Source of the DNA: Catenulispora acidiphila DSM 44928
GTDB lineage: Bacteria; Actinomycetota; Actinomycetes; Streptomycetales; Catenulisporaceae
Assembly: GCF_000024025.1 (NCBI RefSeq)
Contig: NC_013131.1
Span: forward strand, 7,830,229-7,854,228
Length of the DNA: 24,000 nt
Reading direction: 5' to 3'
The notes under the pieces are model-generated. The model was not told the origin of the DNA. It made no database searches and saw nothing but the letters and a program-made list of their open reading frames with translations. The position numbers and the translations under genes were made by a program. Position 1 is the stretch's first letter; each line of letters begins with the position of its first letter. Below are positions 16,455-24,000 of this stretch, one piece after another.

Positions 16455-16494
16455 AGACGAGAGCCCGGCGTTCGGCAACGCCGGGCTCTCGTCT
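16455..16494. terminator. Bidirectional-type terminator hairpin between convergent genes (18-bp perfect stem, 4-nt loop)
   Basis: AGACGAGAGCCCGGCGTT (16455-16472), loop CGGC, then AACGCCGGGCTCTCGTCT (16477-16494), which is the exact reverse complement. It begins 24 nt after the surface-protein stop and is followed on the plus strand by a U-containing tract (tgtgtctcgtgtcttgtg). Confidence 0.75.
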
Positions 16495-16546
16495 TGTGTC
16501 TCGTGTCTTGTGTCTCGTGTCTTGTGCCTTGTGCCTTGTGTCTTGT
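16491..16546. repeat. Heptanucleotide microsatellite (GTCTYGT / GCCTTGT) x8
   Basis: Read directly: gtcttgt gtctcgt gtcttgt gtctcgt gtcttgt gccttgt gccttgt gtcttgt. It is intergenic, between the terminator hairpin and the RidA stop (16552). Confidence 0.95.
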
Positions 16547-16551
16547 GCCGG

Positions 16552-16971
16552 TCACTCGTCCAGCGCAGCGGTCAGGTCCACCTCGACCAGCTGCCCGCCG
16601 TATCCGAGCGCCGCGACGCCCAGCAGTGTGCTCGCCGTCCGGAGCGCCGGCGCCAGCGGCGATGCCATGAAGCGGGCCCAGGCTGCGGCCAGGACCGTGC
16701 TCTGGTCGCTGACCACGTAGATCACCGAGCGCACCACGTCCGCCGGGGTGGCGCCCGCCGCCTCCAGGATCGCCAGGCCGTTCGCCACGACCTGGTCGAT
16801 CTGCGCGTCCAGGTCGGGGGCGACCACTTTTTCGTCGGCGTCGAGCGGGCACAAGCCGGCCAGGTGTGCGGTGCGGCCCGCGGCGGCGATGGTGACGTGC
16901 GCGTAGCCGGAGGTGGGGTGCAGGCCGGGCGGGTTGAGGAGGGTGAGCTTGTCGTCGGTCATAGTGCGCAT
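16552..16971 (-). CDS. RidA/YjgF/L-PSP family protein (reactive-intermediate deaminase family)
   Basis: This is the C-terminal ~139 codons of a 326-aa track ORF: MRTMTDDKLTLLNPPGLHPTSGYAHVTIAAAGRTAHLAGLCPLD...VVRSVIYV...VEVDLTA. The size and pattern are typical of RidA. The start is ATG 16971 or ATG 16962. The upstream extension overlaps degV antisense and is rejected. Confidence 0.82.
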   Translation of the reverse strand: MRTMTDDKLTLLNPPGLHPTSGYAHVTIAAAGRTAHLAGLCPLDADEKVVAPDLDAQIDQVVANGLAILEAAGATPADVVRSVIYVVSDQSTVLAAAWARFMASPLAPALRTASTLLGVAALGYGGQLVEVDLTAALDE

Positions 16972-17083
16972 TGTGCTGGGTGCGCGAGGGGACGGCAGGT
17001 GAATATGCGACCGCCGCCGCGCCGTACCCCGTTCCGGCTCCCGCCCATTTGCCCGGACGCCACCTCCGGATAACCTCGGCCGT

Positions 17084-17935
17084 ATGTCCCGCATCGCGCT
17101 CGTCACCGACTCCACGGCCTGCCTGTCCGCGCAGGCGATGGACGCCCTCGGGGTCAGGGCGGTCCCGCTGGAGGTGATCGTGCGCGGCGCGCCGCACAGC
17201 GAGGCGGATCCGGCCACCGGTGAGCTGCTGGTCGCGGCGTTGCGGGCGCACGAGACCGCCACGACGTCACGGCCCTCCCCCGAGGACTTCGCCGCCGCGT
17301 ACCGGGCCGCCGCCGAGGAGGGCGCCGAGGGCGTGGTGTCGCTGCACATCTCCGCCGAGCTGTCGGCGACGCTGGAGTCCGCGGAGCTGGCCGCGAAGGA
17401 CGCGCCGATCCCGGTGCGGGTGCTGGACAGCCGCACGATCGGGATGGCGCTGGGCTTCGCCGTGCTGGGCGCCGCCGAGGCCGGACGGGATGGCGAGCAC
17501 GACCTGGACGGCGTCGCCGACATCGCCGCCAAGCGCTCGGCGACCGCGTCCGCGTTCTTCTATGTCCACACCTTGGAGTACCTGCGCCGCGGCGGCCGCA
17601 TCGGCTCGGCGCGCGCACTGCTGGGCTCCGCGCTGGCGATGAAGCCTTTGCTGCACATGGCTGACGGCCGCGTGGAGCCGCTGGAGAAGGTCCGCACGTC
17701 CGCGAAGGCGATCGCGCGCCTGGAGGAGATCGCGGTCGAGCGCGCGGGCGGCGACGGCAGCTCGGTCGAGATCGCCGTCCAGCACCTCGACGCGCCCGAG
17801 CGGGCCGACGCGCTGGCCGCGCGGCTGCGCGAGCGGCTGCCCGGGCTCACCGGGATCACGGTGTGCGAGGTCGGCGCGGTCATCGGAGCGCACGTCGGGC
17901 CGGGTGTGCTCGGGGTGGTCGTCGCGCCGCGCTGA
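17084..17935 (+). CDS. DegV family fatty-acid-binding protein
   Basis: 283 aa. It reads MSRIALVTDSTACL...TSRPSPEDF...VVSLHISAELSATLESA...FYVHTLEYLRRGGRIG..., which is the characteristic DegV layout. Confidence 0.9.
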   Translation: MSRIALVTDSTACLSAQAMDALGVRAVPLEVIVRGAPHSEADPATGELLVAALRAHETATTSRPSPEDFAAAYRAAAEEGAEGVVSLHISAELSATLESAELAAKDAPIPVRVLDSRTIGMALGFAVLGAAEAGRDGEHDLDGVADIAAKRSATASAFFYVHTLEYLRRGGRIGSARALLGSALAMKPLLHMADGRVEPLEKVRTSAKAIARLEEIAVERAGGDGSSVEIAVQHLDAPERADALAARLRERLPGLTGITVCEVGAVIGAHVGPGVLGVVVAPR

Positions 17936-17944
17936 AAGGCGCGC

Positions 17945-18868
17945 TCACACTCCCGGCGGTACCCATGTCCCCGCGCTTCCCGTCGGCTCCCCTGTGGCCG
18001 CCAGGTGCGTCCGCAGCGTCGCCAGCGCGGGGTGGGCGTTCTCGGTGCGCCAGACCAGCGAGTGCGGGTACACCGGCGTCGGGTCGACGACCGGGATCCG
18101 GCGCAGGTCGTGGCCGTCGGACCAGGCCAGGCGCGGCTTCTCGCCGACGAGCGAGGCGACGTCGGTGGCGTCGGCGATCACATCCATGAGGTGGTCGCTG
18201 CCGAAGTGCGGCCCTATGCCGTCGATGGAGAGTCCGAACGCTGCGACGAGCTGGTCGTAGTACAGCGCCCACTCCACGCCGGGGACCAGCCCGGGGATCC
18301 AGATGCGGTGCCCGACCAGCTGCGCGGGCGTCACGCTCCGGGCGCCGGCCAGCGGATGGCGCGGGCCCACCAGCAGGTCCAGCCGCTCGTCCAGGACCCG
18401 GGCGGACTCCACGCCCGGCGGCAGGCGGCGCGAGCCCGCGACGTATCGGAACGTGGCGTCGATAGTCCCGGCCTCGACCGCCGCCAGCGCCGCGTCGGCG
18501 TCGAAGAGCGTGACCACGTCCAGCTCGATCTCCGGCCGCGTCTCGTGGAACCCGCGCATCAGCGCCGACATCGCACTCCGCATGACCAGGACATCCACCC
18601 GCAGCGCGCGCCGCCCGGGGCGCACCGAGGCGATAGCCCGCTCCTCAGCCTGCATCAGAGCCCTGGCATGCGGCAGGAACGCCTGGCCGTCGATGGTGAG
18701 CTGCGCACCGCGCGCCGTCCGCGCGAACAGGCGCACCGCGAGCTCCTTCTCCAAGCCCGCGATGCGCTTGGACACCGCCTGCTGGGTGACGGCGAGATCG
18801 TTCGCGGCGTCCTGGAAACGGCCGGTTTCCGCAGCGGCGACGAAGGTACGCACGGCGTCGAGGTCCAT
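17945..18868 (-). CDS. LysR-family transcriptional regulator
   Basis: ATG at 18866-18868. The N-terminal HTH is MDLDAVRTFVAAAETGRFQDAANDLAVTQQAVSKRIAGLEKELAVRLFART. The protein is ~307 aa and is divergent from an MFS gene. Confidence 0.9.
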   Translation of the reverse strand: MDLDAVRTFVAAAETGRFQDAANDLAVTQQAVSKRIAGLEKELAVRLFARTARGAQLTIDGQAFLPHARALMQAEERAIASVRPGRRALRVDVLVMRSAMSALMRGFHETRPEIELDVVTLFDADAALAAVEAGTIDATFRYVAGSRRLPPGVESARVLDERLDLLVGPRHPLAGARSVTPAQLVGHRIWIPGLVPGVEWALYYDQLVAAFGLSIDGIGPHFGSDHLMDVIADATDVASLVGEKPRLAWSDGHDLRRIPVVDPTPVYPHSLVWRTENAHPALATLRTHLAATGEPTGSAGTWVPPGV

Positions 18869-18884
18869 GGCCGCACAGCCTAGC

Positions 18885-18905
18885 CACACAACGGATGGTT
18901 GTGTG
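18885..18905. promoter_or_regulatory. Candidate LysR operator: inverted repeat CACACAAC-N5-GTTGTGTG
   Basis: Perfect 8-bp arms (18885-18892 / 18898-18905) lie 17-37 nt upstream of the LysR start in the divergent intergenic region. The 12-mer CGGATGGTTGTG recurs at 18892-18903 and 18966-18977. Confidence 0.45.
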
Positions 18906-19006
18906 CGGCAGCCCTTTCGGTTGTTTGACCAGGGATTCAGCCGCCGATTGGATGCCGTGGGTCAGCGGATGGTTGTGGATTGGTTATGGACCCGGGAGGC
19001 ACGCAG

Positions 19007-20320
19007 ATGGCAGACGGACCGAACGCGACCGGCAGGCGAAAGCTGGGACGACCGTTCACCCGGCTTTGGTCGGCCTACGCGATCAGCACCCTGGGAACCT
19101 ACTTCGCCTTCAACGCCTTCTCACTGATCCTGATCCGCATCCTGCACGCCGGCGCAGCGCAGGTCGCCGCACTCTCGGCATCCGGCGCAGCAGTCGGAGC
19201 ACTGATCGCACTCCCACTGGGCCCATGGGTGGAACACCGCCGCAAACGACCGGTGATGATGGCGATGGACCTGATGCGCTTCGCCGCCATGCTGACCATC
19301 CCGATCACCTACGGCTTCGGCGCCCTGACCTTCGCGCAACTGCTCGCGGTGGCAATCGTGGTCGGAGCCGCCGACATCACCTTCACCGCAGCGAGCGGCG
19401 CCTACCTGAAAGCACTGCTGCCACGCGAGGACTTGCTGACCGCCAACGGACGATTCGAGTCGACGCAGTGGTCAGCGATCGTCCTGGGACCCCCACTCGG
19501 CGGAGCAGCATTCGCACTACTCGGACCGGTGGCCACGGTGATCGCGGACGCGGTGAGCTACCTGCTGTCGGCGCTGGGAATCCGAGCGATCGGCGCAGGG
19601 CATGAGGCTGATGCTGGTGATCGTGCTACCACTGTGCCTGAGGCTGGCGACAGGATCCGCGACCGCTCCACCGGCCTCCGCGCCGCCGATCTCGTCGCCG
19701 GCTGGCGCCATATCCTCGGCAACCCGGCCCTGCGTCCGCTGCTGCTCAACAATGCCATGGTCAGTGGCCTGATCATGGCCGGGGAGCCGTTGCTCTCCGT
19801 CCTGATGCTCGGGCCGCTGGGCTTGGCGCCGTGGGAGTACGGCCTCGCATTCGCCATTCCGTGTCTCGGCGGCCTGGTCGGCTCACGTCTCGCGCCGCGT
19901 CTTGTCGCGCGCTTCGGTCGTGCCACGATCCTGCGCGTCGCCGGCACGCTTCGGGCGGTCTGGCCGGTCGGCTTGGCGTTCCTGCAGCCGGGCCTTCCCG
20001 GGCTCGTCCTGGTCGTCGTGCTCGAGATGGGTCTGATCACCACCATCAGCGTCTACAACCCGGTGCTGGCGACCCATCGGTTGGAGCAGGTCGGCCCAGG
20101 TAACGTCACGCGCGTCCTGTCCGCCTGGTCGATCACCACCAAGACCACCATCGCGGCGGCCACCGCGCTGTGGGGTGTGATCGCCACCGTGACCAGCCCG
20201 CGGTTCGGGCTCGGGTTGGCCGGTGCGCTGCTGCTGGCCTCGCCGCTGCTGCTGCCGCGTGGCGAGCGGGTCGGGCTGCTCGCGGAGCATGCGCCGGATC
20301 CCGTCAGCTCAGTCGGCTAG
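19007..20320 (+). CDS. MFS transporter (12-TM, EntS/MFS_3-like)
   Basis: ATG 19007 is preceded by GGGAGG with a 7-nt spacer (the track ORF starts at TTG 18980). The protein is polytopic and hydrophobic, beginning FTRLWSAYAISTLGTYFAFNAFSLILI.... Confidence 0.85.
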   Translation: MADGPNATGRRKLGRPFTRLWSAYAISTLGTYFAFNAFSLILIRILHAGAAQVAALSASGAAVGALIALPLGPWVEHRRKRPVMMAMDLMRFAAMLTIPITYGFGALTFAQLLAVAIVVGAADITFTAASGAYLKALLPREDLLTANGRFESTQWSAIVLGPPLGGAAFALLGPVATVIADAVSYLLSALGIRAIGAGHEADAGDRATTVPEAGDRIRDRSTGLRAADLVAGWRHILGNPALRPLLLNNAMVSGLIMAGEPLLSVLMLGPLGLAPWEYGLAFAIPCLGGLVGSRLAPRLVARFGRATILRVAGTLRAVWPVGLAFLQPGLPGLVLVVVLEMGLITTISVYNPVLATHRLEQVGPGNVTRVLSAWSITTKTTIAAATALWGVIATVTSPRFGLGLAGALLLASPLLLPRGERVGLLAEHAPDPVSSVG

Positions 20321-20325
20321 GCGCG

Positions 20326-20366
20326 AAAAAGCCCGGCGCCGACCGCCGAAGCGATCAGCGCCGGGC
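20326..20366 (-). terminator. Intrinsic terminator for leuS (minus strand)
   Basis: The minus strand reads GCCCGGCGC-N18-GCGCCGGGC followed by TTTTT. On the plus strand this is AAAAA 20326-20330 with arms at 20331-20339 and 20358-20366. It lies between the convergent MFS and leuS genes. Confidence 0.7.
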
Positions 20367-20396
20367 CGCTGGGCTACTCGGCCGTCGGGCGAAAAC

Positions 20397-23273
<2,877 letters not shown>

Positions 23274-23324
23274 CGTCGTCTCAGTCCTCGGGATACGTCT
23301 GGTCAGAATCACTTCGGTGGCGGT

Positions 23325-23400
23325 CATGAAGGTCTGTGCTGGAGCATGTAGGTCTGTACTGAACTTGAAGTCGGTGCTGAACTTGAAGTCGGTGCTGGAA
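23325..23400. repeat. Four tandem 18-20 bp units upstream of leuS
   Basis: catgaaggtctgtgctggag (23325-23344), catgtaggtctgtactgaac (23345-23364), ttgaagtcggtgctgaac (23365-23382) and ttgaagtcggtgctggaa (23383-23400). The shared core is GAAG(G)TC(T/G)GTGCTG(A/G)A. Confidence 0.9.
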
Positions 23401-23403
23401 ATG

Positions 23404-23428
23404 AAAAAACCCCTCGCGCATGGAGGGG
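23404..23428 (-). terminator. Intrinsic terminator (minus strand): CCCCTC-N7-GAGGGG + T6. Either the YhhN-gene terminator or the leuS leader attenuator.
   Basis: The minus strand reads CCCCTCCATGCGCGAGGGGTTTTTT. The stems are 23423-23428 / 23410-23415, and the T-tract is the complement of the plus-strand A-run at 23404-23409. Confidence 0.65.
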
Positions 23429-23467
23429 AGCCGCGCTGACCGGAGCGGTGGACAACTCCGTCGTGTT

Positions 23468-23506
23468 TCAGCGCGGCGACATAAGAAGCAGCGTCACAGC
23501 CCGCAT
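23468..23506 (-). CDS. Candidate leuS leader peptide [12 protein letters not shown] (12 aa, three consecutive Leu codons CTG CTT CTT)
   Basis: ATG is at 23504-23506 and TGA at 23468-23470. The Leu codons are at 23483-23491, and two of them are CTT, a codon ending in T in a genome that strongly prefers G/C at third positions. The 3' end GCCGCGCTGA (23468-23477) is perfectly complementary to TCAGCGCGGC (23430-23439), which directly abuts the terminator. Weakness: GGAG lies only 2 nt from the ATG. Confidence 0.4.
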   Translation of the reverse strand: MRAVTLLLMSPR

Positions 23507-23544
23507 GTCTCCAGGGTACCAGCGCCGTCTGCCGGATATCCGCC

Positions 23545-24000
23545 CTACCTGCGAACCAGACCGAGTACCAGCAGGATCTGCGCCAGGTGGTAGGTGACGA
23601 TGATCGGCACGTCCAGCTCCCAGTCCTTGCGCACGAACCGGGTCCAGCCGATCATCGTGTCGGACACCGCGAACAGCAGCGCACCGGGGATGATGCGCAG
23701 GTCGCCGGTCCACCACGCCGCGACCACCAGCACCGAGATGACGCTGACGTAGGCCAGAACCGGGACGGCCAGCGCGGGATCCTCCTCACCGGCCGCGCGC
23801 CGGATCCGCAGACCGACCGTCGCGAACATCGCCCCGGCCAGGACCAGTCCGGTCACCACGAAGGAGATCGCGTAGCCGCCGTGAGCGTGCAGCCGCACGA
23901 AGGCCGCGATGTAGGCGACGTGCGCGAGCAGGAACGCTCCCAGTCCGATCACGAAGTTCCGGTCGGCAGCCGACGAGTCCTCCGGCAGCATCAGGAAGAC
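23545..24000 (-). CDS. YhhN-family (lysoplasmalogenase-like) membrane protein, C-terminal part (5' end lies outside the window)
   Basis: The frame is open to the window edge (…VFLMLPEDS…). It has multiple TM helices with [12 protein letters not shown] and [12 protein letters not shown] motifs that resemble the YhhN family. The stop is at 23545-23547. Confidence 0.7.
   Translation of the reverse strand, partial: VFLMLPEDSSAADRNFVIGLGAFLLAHVAYIAAFVRLHAHGGYAISFVVTGLVLAGAMFATVGLRIRRAAGEEDPALAVPVLAYVSVISVLVVAAWWTGDLRIIPGALLFAVSDTMIGWTRFVRKDWELDVPIIVTYHLAQILLVLGLVRR

Noticed and set aside
23404-23545. T-box riboswitch upstream of leuS (UGGUACC at ~23514-23520 resembles the T-box core; UGGU could pair with an ACCA 3' end)
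   Set aside because: The match is only 7 nt. It lies ~90 nt from the terminator instead of forming its antiterminator. The space needed for a Stem I/specifier region would fall inside the YhhN coding sequence.
23468-23716. 82-aa minus-strand ORF
   Set aside because: It overlaps the YhhN-family gene in a different frame for most of its length. Only its last 12 codons, which lie downstream of the YhhN stop, are considered further, as the candidate leader peptide.

Overview
This is a very high-GC, gene-dense actinobacterial chromosomal window (GC judged by eye, taxon not identified), and it is mostly housekeeping. All family assignments come from reading the supplied translations, not from database searches.

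**Left:** the 3' end of hemE, then hemY (CgoX) and hemQ (ChdC), which together form the coproporphyrin-dependent haem cluster.

**Centre:** a complete Kdp high-affinity K+ uptake locus.
- The minus strand carries, in order, a 29-codon membrane-peptide ORF, kdpF, kdpA, kdpB and kdpC. These are followed by an extra orphan KdpE-like response regulator, a small 2-TM protein and a DUF3761-type lipoprotein.
- An amidohydrolase gene separates this operon from kdpD-kdpE on the plus strand.

**Right:** an LAxTG-sorted surface protein with an unusual vicinal-cysteine (CC) repeat module, then RidA, DegV, a LysR regulator with a divergent MFS transporter, leuS, and the 3' part of a YhhN-family gene.

**Most notable observations:**
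1. kdpB carries a 1-nt frameshift in a homopolymer run. Its last ~35 codons, which match the conserved KdpB C-terminus, lie in another frame.
2. An identical 14-mer containing GCAAACG-type half-sites sits at the same distance upstream of both the kdp operon and the orphan kdpE paralogue. A related copy lies upstream of kdpD. This is a candidate KdpE box.
3. A Leu-Leu-Leu mini-ORF plus an intrinsic terminator lies upstream of leuS and is a candidate attenuator.
4. Several short tandem or direct repeat arrays occupy intergenic regions.

I recognised no rRNA, tRNA, CRISPR, transposase or integrase. I see no convincing novel multi-gene system. The novelty candidates are single features. Many long ORFs in the track are GC-rich shadow frames.
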